This document shows positions 1 to 9,409 of a DNA stretch of 64,000 nucleotides, piece after piece. The notes beneath the pieces were generated by a model, which saw only the letters and a list, made by a program, of their open reading frames with translations, searched no databases and had not been told where the DNA came from. The stretch's first letter is position 1. Every line of letters starts with the position of its first letter. The DNA is taken from assembly GCA_963846425.1 (NCBI GenBank), contig CAWJVW010000007.1, forward strand, positions 168,649 through 232,648, written 5' to 3'. The stretch comes from an uncultured Acidobacteriota bacterium. GTDB taxonomy: Bacteria; Acidobacteriota; Vicinamibacteria; Vicinamibacterales; UBA2999. The position numbers were made by a program, and so were the translations under genes.

Positions 1-1
1 C

Positions 2-616
2 GCGCTGGACGCACGTGACTATTCGCAGACGCTTGGGCTGTCGATGCTGTATGTGCCGTCGATGAGAAACGGCGCCGACGTGCAGGAGGATCGTGGCAAC
101 GCCATTGTCTCGACCGAGCCATTGGTCGACGGTTTCGCGCTCGAGCTCCCGTTGGAACGCCAGCGACGAGTCGCGATCGGTGCAGCCATCCAGGTCCGTT
201 CGCCTCGCGGAGACCTGCGATTGCACGTGGTCAATGTGCACCTCGAGCCGCTCAGCTCACCCCGGTCGCTGTGGATCTTCCGTAATCCGCGCCGGCGGCA
301 GGCGGCTGCCATCCTGGATCTGCTTCGATCATCGCCGTTCGAACAGGGTCGACCATCGATTGGGACCGTGCTTGGTGGCGACTTCAACACCATTCAGGGT
401 GGCGTCGACGAGGACGCCTACCTTCAGGCGCGTGCCTGGTCGCTAAGCCTCGTTGGTGAGGATCGTCGTGGTACGCACCACATGGGGCGTATCGACTATC
501 TCTTTTTTCGGCTGGCGCCCGAGTGGTCCGCCACCACAATCCGTGTCGAGGATAAATTTGGATCGGATCACCATCCGGTCCTGGGCCGCTTCACGTCTGC
601 GTCTCCGTGGCCGTAG
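2..616 (+). CDS. endonuclease/exonuclease/phosphatase (EEP) family protein, 5' end cut by the window edge
   Basis: Reading frame is open to the window start. GGDFN and GSDHHPV motifs near the C-terminus are typical of the EEP fold. Confidence 0.7.
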   Translation, partial: ALDARDYSQTLGLSMLYVPSMRNGADVQEDRGNAIVSTEPLVDGFALELPLERQRRVAIGAAIQVRSPRGDLRLHVVNVHLEPLSSPRSLWIFRNPRRRQAAAILDLLRSSPFEQGRPSIGTVLGGDFNTIQGGVDEDAYLQARAWSLSLVGEDRRGTHHMGRIDYLFFRLAPEWSATTIRVEDKFGSDHHPVLGRFTSASPWP

Positions 617-1125
617 GATGTGTCATGCGAGAACCGGTCGCGCGAGGCGTCGGGTTGGCGGCGACGATCGGTTATGCCGTGCTCATTGGCTGGCTGTTCA
701 CGTTGCAGCCCCGGACCATGACCGAAGCGGTCGGAGGGTTGTCTTCCACTCTCGGGACCTATACCGTCGATTCGCAAGCCTTTGCGGATGGCCTTGCGTT
801 CTTTCGAAAGGACCAGTTCGCCGAGGCGCGAGCGGCCTTTGTGCGCGCGGATCCGGCATCCCGCGATCCTCAGACGCAGTTCTATCTGGCGTACGTGTGC
901 TATCGCCAGGGGTGGCACCGGACGCATCATGATGATCGGCTGTTCAAGGAGGGACTGGTGCACGTGGAGCGGGCGATCGCGTTGGCCCCGAATGGTCGGC
1001 TGGTCGTCGAGGATACAAACCTGCAGATGCGATCGGCCGACGAGCTCAAGGCCGAACTGCTGGAGGGTGTAACCCGCGACGCGTCGGACTTCAACCCCTT
1101 GAGGCTGCTGCAAAACCGCAAATGA
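607..1125 (+). CDS. hypothetical membrane-anchored protein with a TPR-like motif
   Basis: N-terminal hydrophobic helix (LAATIGYAVLIGWLF) followed by a TPR-like segment (FAEARAAFVRADP...YLAYVCY). Overlaps the upstream stop. Start uncertain. Confidence 0.45.
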   Translation: MAVGCVMREPVARGVGLAATIGYAVLIGWLFTLQPRTMTEAVGGLSSTLGTYTVDSQAFADGLAFFRKDQFAEARAAFVRADPASRDPQTQFYLAYVCYRQGWHRTHHDDRLFKEGLVHVERAIALAPNGRLVVEDTNLQMRSADELKAELLEGVTRDASDFNPLRLLQNRK

Positions 1126-1781
1126 ATCCTTTTTTCGAGGCGTGCCTGTTGCCATGCCTGTTTCTCACGGTGGTGCTGCTCGGAGCGATCCGGCCAGGCG
1201 CGGACGTCACGCTCGTGCCCCCCTCGCTTGGCTCGCTGGTCATGGCCATGATGATGCTGGGCCTCTTGGTCCGCAGCGGCGCGCTCGCGCCTGAACGACT
1301 CCTGCACGCGTCACGGTCCACCATGGCAAACGCAAACGGCCTGGCCATCCTGCTGACGGTGTTTGCAGCGTCCTCCCAGGCGATCACACTGGTCGTTCCA
1401 GACTCGGGCGTGCCGGCACTCATCGTATGGGCGGTGCTCATCTCGCTTCTTCTCCAGGCCTTTGCCATCGGGCCCGATCGCGAGCGCCTGCTCCGCGGGT
1501 TGCTGGTGACGTTTGGTGCGGTTTTTGTGTTGAAGTTCGTGATCCTCGCGGCTGTTTCTGTGCCAGCCGAGAGTCGGATGACTCGGGCGATTCAATTGTT
1601 CTTCGAGGGAGTGACATTGGGCACCGTGTCCCAACGCGCCGCTCACCCGGCTGAGGGTTACCTCGCGTTCGTGACGATCATTCTGTATCTCGTAGGCGTA
1701 TCACTGCTCCCACGCGCGAGGTGGCAGATGGTACGAACCGAATTGGCCACGGGATACGAGCTCAGTGACACGCGCGACTGA
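1122..1781 (+). CDS. hypothetical polytopic membrane protein
   Basis: Five to six hydrophobic segments. 4-nt overlap with the upstream ORF suggests an operon. Confidence 0.5.
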   Translation: MNPFFEACLLPCLFLTVVLLGAIRPGADVTLVPPSLGSLVMAMMMLGLLVRSGALAPERLLHASRSTMANANGLAILLTVFAASSQAITLVVPDSGVPALIVWAVLISLLLQAFAIGPDRERLLRGLLVTFGAVFVLKFVILAAVSVPAESRMTRAIQLFFEGVTLGTVSQRAAHPAEGYLAFVTIILYLVGVSLLPRARWQMVRTELATGYELSDTRD

Positions 1782-2046
1782 GTGGGTGACTCAGATAAAA
1801 CACATCCGCAGATGACGCCGATTTCGCAGATATGGTGCCGAATCGCACATTAGTATCACGCTGCATGCGGTAGACACTAGACCGCGTGAGCCCATCGGCC
1901 AAAGGCCCGATTCCACGCTCCAACCACGCCGCTCGCAGCCAACCAATGGGCGGCTTAGTTTAGCGTAGGCCGGTGCTATCATCCCGCGAGCCTCGGGTCG
2001 GCGCGGAAGATCTCGATGCGCCTTGCTCGCGGGAGCAAGGTAGGAA

Positions 2047-3003
2047 TTGCAACTGGTACCTCGGACAATGCTTCACTTGGTCGCGTGCGCGCTGGCGGCG
2101 GCGTCCGGTTCAGGTATTGTCGCAAATGGCCAGCACGACGCCGTCGGGCAAGGACTCGCTCCGGCGAACTTGTCAGCGTTTTTCGATTGCCTGCGAGAGA
2201 GCGGGCGCACAATTGTTGCCGCGCATCGCGGCGGGCCAAGTTCTGGGTTCCCCGAGAACGCCGTCTCGACGTTCGAAAACACGCTACGACAGGTACCCGC
2301 ATTCCTGGAGATTGATATCTCACGCACACGCGATGGTGTGCTCGTCCTGATGCGCGACGAGACGGTCGATCGCACGACCACTGGGACCGGCCGCGTCAGT
2401 GATCTGACCTTGTCGCAGTTGCAAACGTTGCGGCTCAAGGACCGCGACGGACTAGCGCTCGACGTGGGGATGCCGACGCTGCGCGAGGCGCTCAACTGGT
2501 CGGCTGGTCGCACTGTGCTCGAACTCGATGTCAACGACGATGTTCCGTTTGCTGACGTCATCGCGGAGGTACGCGCAGCAGACGCAATGGATCGCGTGAT
2601 TGTCATTACCTACAACGACGACACCGCTCTGCGCGTACATGAGCTCGCGTCGGCGGTCATGATCTCGGTCTCGATTGATGCGGCGGCCGATCTCGATGCG
2701 CTTGTTGCACGCGGTGTCGACCTGACGCGCGTGCTGGCGTGGACGGGGGTCGAAGAGCCGAACGCCGCGCTCAATGTTGCACTGGGGCGACAAGGCGTCG
2801 AAGCGATGTTTGGTACGGTTGGCACTCCCGCGCGCTCCTGGGACGGCCGCTTCGTCCGCGAGGGTCGGGACCACTATGCCAAGCTTGCCGCGACAGGATT
2901 GGCGCTTATCTCCAGTGATCGCCCGATAGAAGCGGTGCGCGATCTCGATGCGCAGGATGGCGTCGCGGGCTACGCCGCCTTACGATGTGCAGCGACTCGA
3001 TGA
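2047..3003 (+). CDS. glycerophosphodiester phosphodiesterase (GDPD) family protein, probably secreted
   Basis: AAHRGG..PENAVSTFE...EIDISRTRDGVLVLMRDETVDRTT matches the GDPD catalytic core. Signal-like MLHLVACALAAASG suggests an alternative start near 2068. Confidence 0.8.
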   Translation: MQLVPRTMLHLVACALAAASGSGIVANGQHDAVGQGLAPANLSAFFDCLRESGRTIVAAHRGGPSSGFPENAVSTFENTLRQVPAFLEIDISRTRDGVLVLMRDETVDRTTTGTGRVSDLTLSQLQTLRLKDRDGLALDVGMPTLREALNWSAGRTVLELDVNDDVPFADVIAEVRAADAMDRVIVITYNDDTALRVHELASAVMISVSIDAAADLDALVARGVDLTRVLAWTGVEEPNAALNVALGRQGVEAMFGTVGTPARSWDGRFVREGRDHYAKLAATGLALISSDRPIEAVRDLDAQDGVAGYAALRCAATR

Positions 3004-3460
3004 CTGCACGCACGTATCAAGCAATTCGGCTCTCTGGAGCCGTCGCTTCTCGGAAACTGCTTCCCGAACTCGATCGGCAGGCCAGGTGGCGCGAAGTAAT
3101 CTACTGTATTCAGCGCGGCGGCGGCCGCAGCACCGGATTGGGAGGCTCACGTTGGCGATCTCCAGCGGTTGATTACGGCGCTTCGTGCCGATCGAAAAGT
3201 TGTTGTCGTCGGATCGTCCTGGGTTCAACGCTGCTCGACGTGTGCCTTCAGAGTCACGACGTCGAGGTGACTGATGTTATCCTGAGCGGTCGCAGCTCTG
3301 GTGCGACGACGCCCGACGGTGGTTCACGCATGGTGATTAATACTTTGCCGCCGTGGAGAGGTTCTTCACCACTCTTGCGGGCATGCCTTGAGACGGCGAC
3401 CCACCAGGTCCGAGCGTTCATCGGCGCCAGCCGATTCGGTCCTCCGTCAACAAGTTCTCC

Positions 3461-5639
3461 ATGAGTGCTCAGCCCCCGCGTCCCGACGAGCCCGATCCGA
3501 CGAGCGGGCCGACGCGCACGTCGGCGAGCGGCTCGGACTCGTCCCGCGGATTCGGTCCGTATCGCTTCCTGCAGCGCCTGGGTGAAGGCGGCATGGGCGA
3601 GGTGTGGCTCGCCGAGCAGCTGCGTCCGATTCGGCGACAGGTCGCGATCAAGATCGTGAAGGCAGGCATGGACACGGCGCAGGTGGTCGCGCGCTTCGAA
3701 GCGGAACGCCAGGCGCTCGCGGTCATGGACCACCCCGCCATCGCGAAAGTCTTCGACGGGGGGACTACGCCCGAAGGCCGGCCGTACTTCGCAATGGAGT
3801 ATGTGCGGGGCGAGGCGATCACGCAGGTACTGCGACCGTCAGCGTCTGTCGATACGCGAGCGGCTCGAGCTATTCATCCAGCTCTGCGACGGCGTCCAGC
3901 ACGCGCACCAGAAAGGCATCATCCACCGTGACCTGAAGCCGTCCAACGTACTCGTTTCGGTTGCCGAGGACCGTCCGGTCCCGCGCATCATCGACTTCGG
4001 CATCGCGAAGGCGGTAGGCCAGCCGCTGACCGAACGGCCGCTGTTCACTGAAATCGGAGGCTTTCTCGGCACTCCCGAGTACATGAGCCCGGAGCAGGCC
4101 GAGTTGACGCCCGTCGATGTGGACACCCGCAGCGACGTCTATTCGCTCGGGGTGCTGCTCTACGACCTGCTGGTCGGGACACTGCCCTTCGACAGCGCCA
4201 GCCTGCGACAGGCGGGAGTGGACGAGATTCGCCGGACCATTCGCGAGAAGGACCCCCTCCGGCCCAGTACGCGGATTACACGCCACGCGGCTGCGCTCTC
4301 GGTCGCCGCGCAGCGACAGATCCAGCCCGCGAAGCTCGCCGCCGTCGTGCGCGGGGATCTCGACTGGATCACGATGAAAGCCCTCGAAAAGGACCGCACA
4401 CGTCGCTATCAGACGGCGAACGCGCTGGCGCTCGATGTCCGGCGGCACCTCAACCACGAACCGGTCGCGGCGGGCCCCCCGAGCGCCGCGTACCGGACGC
4501 GCAAGTTCGTTCGGCGGCATCGCGTGGGTGTCGCAACTGTGACGGCGCTCGTCGCGGTCGTGCTGGCCTTCGCCGCGATCATGACGGTTCAAGCCGGGCG
4601 CATCGCGCGGGAGCGCGACCGTGCCAATCAGGAAGCGGCGACTGCCACGCAGGTGTCGGACTTCCTAGTCGGCATGTTCAGAGTGTCCGATCCGAGCGAG
4701 GCCCGCGGCAACACGCTGACGGCTCGTGAGATTCTCGCCAAGGGCGCCCTTCAGGTCGAAGGTGGTCTCCGCGATCAGCCGCAGGTGCAGGCCCGGCTTC
4801 AGGCCACAATCGGCGCAGTCTACACAGGTCTTGGCATGTACGCAGATGCACAGCCGTTGCTCGCACGGGCCTTACAGACGCAGAAGCAATTACTCGGCGA
4901 AAACAGTCCAGAGAGTCTGGTGACCGCGAATCACCTGGCCAATGCGTATTGGTATCGAGGGAAATATCAGGAGGCAGAACTCCTGTACCGTGACATCGTC
5001 CAGCGGCGAACGCGTGTGCTGGGAGAAGATCACCCGGACACTCTCAGGGCCAACTACGACTTGGCCAGTGCATACGCGGGCCAGAAACGCTGGGATGAAT
5101 TCGAACGGCTCGCCCGGGACGTGCTGGCGAAACAGCGTCGGGTCCTGGGTGCCGCGCACGCTGACACTTTGTCCTCGTTGAACAACCTGCAATATTTCTA
5201 CTTCAGGCATGGCCGTTATGCTGAAGCAGAAGCGCTTGCGCTCGAGGTCGCCGAAGGGAGACGTCGCCTCCTCGGAGACGATCACCCGGAAACGTTGGGT
5301 GCTCTCCATAATGTGGCGACGATCTACGATGCGTTGGGTCGGTACAGTGAGGCCGAACCGTTGTATCTGAAGGCGCTCGTCGCGAGCCGGCGCGTGCTCG
5401 GCGACGAGCATGCGCAAACATGTCACACGTTGTCACGCCTCGCGTCGATGTACATGAAGCAGCGCCGCTATCCAGAAGCCGAATCGGCCGCCCTGGCGGC
5501 ATACCAGGGATACGTCAAGGGACTCGGCGCCGGCCACGAGACCACCAGGAGCGCCGCGGAGCGGCTCGCCGACCTGTACATCGCGACAGGGCAGCCGGAC
5601 AAAGCCAGGCAGTGGCGCGCGAAGCTGCGAAAGGACTAG
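3461..5639 (+). pseudogene. Ser/Thr protein kinase with C-terminal TPR repeats, interrupted by a +1 frameshift near 3827
   Basis: ORF 3461..3931 carries GEGGMGEVW and VAIK (subdomains I-II). ORF 3801..5639 carries [11 protein letters not shown], a GTPEYMSPE-type loop, a TM helix and more than five TPRs. The two frames join cleanly as [11 protein letters not shown] | [16 protein letters not shown]. Confidence 0.75.
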
Positions 5640-5863
5640 GGCTGCTCGACTTATTTCGACGGGTCAGCCAGAGAGGTGGGGCGTCTGCTCAGGCGGTCCT
5701 CCACGTCCTGCGCAACGACTGCCAGCAAATCACTGCGCACCCGAGGGAAACTGTTCGATAAGATCCCACAACGGATCTGGAAGCAGCGCGGCGGCCATTC
5801 CGAGGTTTTCTTACACGCTCTTAGGCCATTGTTTTTCTGCGCAATCTGCGTAATCTGTGGCCT

Positions 5864-7054
5864 ATGAATCGCCGATCGTTCATTCAGTGGTCTGCGGCTG
5901 CGGCTGCGCCGTGGACCGTGACTCGAACACCCGCACAGGTTTCCACCACGCGCGATTCCGGATTCGATCCGTGGATCGAGATCCAGCCGCAGCACCTGGT
6001 GCGCAACGTGGCCGAGATCGCGCGCGCGACAGGTGGACGTCCCATTCTCGCGGTCATCAAAAACAACGGCTACGGATTCGGCGTGGTGCCCATCGCCCGC
6101 GCACTCACCGGCCTCTCACAGATCCGCGGCCTGGCCGTGATCAAGCTGCAGGAAGCAATCGCGATTCGCGATGCTGGCATCACGACTCCAGTGCTGCTCA
6201 TGGGACCGTTCGAGGACCGCGATCTCGCCGACATGCACGCGCGCGACATCATGCCGATGGTCTACACGCCGATTGGCGACGCGCTGGCACAAGCGGCTGC
6301 TCAAGGCCGACGAGCGTTCAAGATTCATGTCTGCGTGGACACCGGCCTCGGTCGTGTCGGGGTGCCGTATCGCGACGCGCCGGCGCTCATCCGAGATCTG
6401 GCCGGGCGCCGCGGCCTCGTTATCGATGGCGTGATGATGACCTTTACCGAGGACGAGGCATTCGATCGTGAACAGCTTCGCCGGTTCGAGACGCTGACCG
6501 GTGAGCTGCAAAAGGCTGGCGTCGCCACAGGTCTGCGTCATGCGGCGTCGAGCTACACGTTCTTTCAGCATCCCGATGTCGTCCTTGATATGGTCCGACC
6601 CGGGATGGCCGTCTTCGGTGTCTACCCGGAGCCGGCCTTTCGCCCGAGCAAGCGGATGGCGCTCATACCGGCAGGGGCCCTTCGCGCGCGTGTCGCGTAC
6701 GTCAAGAAGCTCGCCACGGGAGAAAGCGCGGGCTACAACCGCGCATACGTGGCCAAGAGCGACACCTGGGTCGCGACGTTGCCCGTAGGCCACGCGGACG
6801 GATGGCCGCGTGTTGCCGCCAAGGGGGCGAAGGTGAGGATCAACGGCACCCTCTACCCGGTCATCGCATCAGTATCCGCGAGTCACACGATTGTCGAGAT
6901 CGGCCGGGAGCCTGCCGCGCAGATCGGCGACACCGCCACGCTGTGGGACTGGCAGGATGGGTCGCGTCCCGAAGACGTGGCCGCTGCTTGTGGGGCGTCC
7001 GTCTACGACCTCCTGATGCACTTGGGAGGGCATCTGCCGCGCCGCCTCGTCTGA
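5864..7054 (+). CDS. alanine racemase family PLP enzyme with an N-terminal twin-arginine signal
   Basis: ILAVIKNNGYGFG (PLP-lysine motif) and GESAGYNRAY. About 33 aa N-terminal extension MNRRSFIQWSAAAAAPW. Confidence 0.8.
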   Translation: MNRRSFIQWSAAAAAPWTVTRTPAQVSTTRDSGFDPWIEIQPQHLVRNVAEIARATGGRPILAVIKNNGYGFGVVPIARALTGLSQIRGLAVIKLQEAIAIRDAGITTPVLLMGPFEDRDLADMHARDIMPMVYTPIGDALAQAAAQGRRAFKIHVCVDTGLGRVGVPYRDAPALIRDLAGRRGLVIDGVMMTFTEDEAFDREQLRRFETLTGELQKAGVATGLRHAASSYTFFQHPDVVLDMVRPGMAVFGVYPEPAFRPSKRMALIPAGALRARVAYVKKLATGESAGYNRAYVAKSDTWVATLPVGHADGWPRVAAKGAKVRINGTLYPVIASVSASHTIVEIGREPAAQIGDTATLWDWQDGSRPEDVAAACGASVYDLLMHLGGHLPRRLV

Positions 7055-7058
7055 TCAC

Positions 7059-7293
7059 GTATCCGCGGAACAGACGAAGGCATCCGCGGAAGGGCGGAAA
7101 CCGCTAATTTTCAATACATCCGCGGGAGCGTGGAAATGTGAACGCCCGTTCCGAATCCATCCAGCGGCGGGTGGCGCTGCCGAGACTATGCATCCACTGT
7201 TTCCACTGTTCCGCGGATGATTTACCAAGAAATCTTCCGCCTTTCCGCTCTTCCGCGGATGTATTTAGTTTCCGCGTTTTCTTCGGCGGATTG
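7059..7293. repeat. tandem-word inverted repeat (word ATCCGCGGAA / TTCCGCGGAT)
   Basis: ATCCGCGG[AG]A at about 7061, 7082 and 7118. Reverse complement TTCCGCGGAT at about 7209 and 7251. CATCCGCGGAAGGGCGGAAA pairs with TTTCCGCTCTTCCGCGGATG. Confidence 0.8.
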
Positions 7294-7299
7294 GAACCG

Positions 7300-8256
7300 T
7301 CAAGCACTCCCAATCAGGATCCCTGACAGAAACACGAGCACACCACCTACGACCACTTGAAACGCCGCCTGGAGAAATGGCGTGTCCATGTAGCGATACC
7401 GAATCCAGGAGATCGCGACTAGCTCGATCGCCACGACGAGCACGGCCGCGATCATGGCCGCGTGAAAATTCGGAATGAGGAACGGCAGCGTGTGGCCGAT
7501 GCCGCCCACGGTCGTCATGACCCCGCACACCGTCCCGCGAAGCGCGGGACGCCCGCGCCCGGTCATCGAGCCGTCGTCGGACAGCGCTTCCGCGAATCCC
7601 ATCGAGATGCCCGCACCCACCGATGCCGCCATCCCGACCAGAAAAGCGTCCCAACTGTCGCGCGTCGCAAATGCCGCGGCGAAGAGGGGCGCGAGCGTTG
7701 AGACCGATCCGTCCATCAGACCGGCCAGCGCCGGCTGCACGATTTGCAAAACAAATAGTTTGTTGCGCGTTTCTTCTTCCGCGGTGCGGATCCGGTCGGG
7801 ACGCAACTGCCGCTCGAGGGTTTCGGCCGTTTCCGAATGCCGGCGCTCGACAAGCGCGAGGTCGTTGAGCAGCGTCCGAATGGCAGCATCACCCACGCGC
7901 GCCGATGCCGCCTCGTAAAAGCGGCGCGTCTCCAGTTCCATTGCCGCGACCTGCGCGCGCGCGGCTTCGACCCGCAGCGGATGTGTCAGCCAGACCGGCC
8001 GTCGTTCGACGAACCCTTTCACGTCCTGCCGACGAATGAGCGGAATGTGCTCGCCAAATCGCTCGCGATACAGATCGGTCAGCGCACGACGATGGTCCGA
8101 CTCCTCGCTGCGCATTTCCGCAAATAACTTTGCTGTAGCCGGATAGTGCTCGCGGAAGCCTTCGGCGAAGTCCGCATAGACGCGCTCGTCCTCTTCCTCG
8201 AGCGAGATCGCGAGCGCGAGAATCTCACGCTCGCTCAGATCTTTGAACCGTTTCAC
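7300..8256 (-). CDS. VIT1/CCC1-family iron/manganese transporter with an N-terminal ferritin-like (erythrin) domain
   Basis: N-terminal [25 protein letters not shown]...EESDHRR (ferritin-like). C-terminal [17 protein letters not shown] and TM helices typical of VIT1. Confidence 0.8.
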   Translation of the reverse strand: MKRFKDLSEREILALAISLEEEDERVYADFAEGFREHYPATAKLFAEMRSEESDHRRALTDLYRERFGEHIPLIRRQDVKGFVERRPVWLTHPLRVEAARAQVAAMELETRRFYEAASARVGDAAIRTLLNDLALVERRHSETAETLERQLRPDRIRTAEEETRNKLFVLQIVQPALAGLMDGSVSTLAPLFAAAFATRDSWDAFLVGMAASVGAGISMGFAEALSDDGSMTGRGRPALRGTVCGVMTTVGGIGHTLPFLIPNFHAAMIAAVLVVAIELVAISWIRYRYMDTPFLQAAFQVVVGGVLVFLSGILIGSA

Positions 8257-8362
8257 ACAACGAATTCTAGTCCCAGAGCAGATCTGGTCGATGAAGGCAC
8301 AGACTCATGTCCATCAGGGATTGATTTCCGCAATCACCCTCGTCTGCGGATATTCTGAGCCG

Positions 8363-9307
8363 ATGCAGCTAGGAATGATCGGACTCGGCCGAATGGGCGC
8401 CAACATGTCGCGACGGCTTCTGAAGGCCGGTCACGAGCTCGTGGCGTACGATCGGAACCCGGAAGCGACCCATACTCTCCAAAAGGATGGCGCGCGAGCA
8501 GTGGCGAGCCTGGAAGAGCTCGCGCACCAGCTCCGCACGCCGCGCGCCATTTGGATCATGGTTCCCGCACAGGTCGTCGATGCCACGATCGATGCCTTGC
8601 AGCAACATCTGGCCCCTGGTGACATCGTCATCGACGGTGGCAACTCGCACTTCCAGGATGATCCCATACGCGCGACGCGCCTCGCGGCACGACAAGTGGA
8701 GTACGTCGATGTCGGTACGAGTGGCGGCGTGTGGGGGATCGATCGCGGCTACTGCCTGATGATTGGCGGGCGCGCGGAGGCGGTGAAGACGCTCGATCCC
8801 ATCTTGAGAACCCTGGCTCCTGGCGTCGACGCGGCACCGCGGGCGACATCATCCGGTGAACCGTCGGCCGCAGAGCGTGGGTATCTGCACTGCGGCTCAC
8901 ACGGCGCCGGTCATTTCGTCAAGATGGTGCACAACGCGATCGAGTACGGCCTGATGGCAGCCTATGCCGAGGGGTTCAACCTCCTCGCGCATGCGCCGGA
9001 GTATCAATTCAATCTTCCCGAGATTTCAGAGCTCTGGCGCCGTGGCAGCGTGATCGGATCGTGGCTGCTCGATCTGACCGCTCGAGCGCTGCATGAAGAC
9101 CCTCAGCTGACCGCTTTTGCTGGCCGGGTTGGCGATTCCGGAGAAGGACGCTGGACGGCGCACGTGGCCATCGACACCGCCGTGCCCGTTCCCGTCTTGG
9201 CCGCGGCGCTTTTCGCGCGCTTCGCGTCGCGTGGCGAAGAAGACTTCGCCAACCGTCTGCTCTCGGCAATGCGGGCGCAGTTTGGTGGACACAAGGAGCC
9301 GACATAG
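8363..9307 (+). CDS. gnd: 6-phosphogluconate dehydrogenase (decarboxylating), short form
   Basis: MQLGMIGLGRMGANM Rossmann start, DGGNSHF, GTSGGVWG, GAGHFVKMVHNAIEYG. Start moved to the internal ATG of track ORF 8243..9307. Confidence 0.85.
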   Translation: MQLGMIGLGRMGANMSRRLLKAGHELVAYDRNPEATHTLQKDGARAVASLEELAHQLRTPRAIWIMVPAQVVDATIDALQQHLAPGDIVIDGGNSHFQDDPIRATRLAARQVEYVDVGTSGGVWGIDRGYCLMIGGRAEAVKTLDPILRTLAPGVDAAPRATSSGEPSAAERGYLHCGSHGAGHFVKMVHNAIEYGLMAAYAEGFNLLAHAPEYQFNLPEISELWRRGSVIGSWLLDLTARALHEDPQLTAFAGRVGDSGEGRWTAHVAIDTAVPVPVLAAALFARFASRGEEDFANRLLSAMRAQFGGHKEPT

Positions 9308-9404
9308 TCACCAGTCGCCGGTCACCGGTCGCCGGCCCTCGATCTCAGCCAACCAGAACAATCTGCGTAATCGCTGGAGACCGGAGACCGGGGACCGGAG
9401 ACCG
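9307..9404. repeat. tandem-word inverted repeat (GTCRCCGG arm / GGAGACCG arm)
   Basis: Left arm GTCACCAGTCGCCGGTCACCGGTCGCCGG. Right arm GGAGACCGGAGACCGGGGACCGGAGACCG. Arms are about 16/18 complementary. Fills the convergent gnd/zwf gap. Confidence 0.7.
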
Positions 9405-9409
9405 CTCAA

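Noticed and set aside
3004-3460. 457-bp gap upstream of the kinase. I looked for a degraded ECF sigma factor gene (often paired with such kinases) or an RNA gene.
   Set aside because: I could not recognise any sigma-70 region 2 or region 4 motifs in any of the six frames. I saw no tRNA-like or riboswitch-like structure. It stays unexplained rather than annotated.
8319-8335. Inverted repeat GATTG-N7-CAATC in the VIT1/gnd divergent gap, considered as a possible Fur/DtxR-type iron box.
   Set aside because: The arms are only 5 bp and it has no resemblance to known Fur or DtxR consensus sequences. It is compatible with chance.
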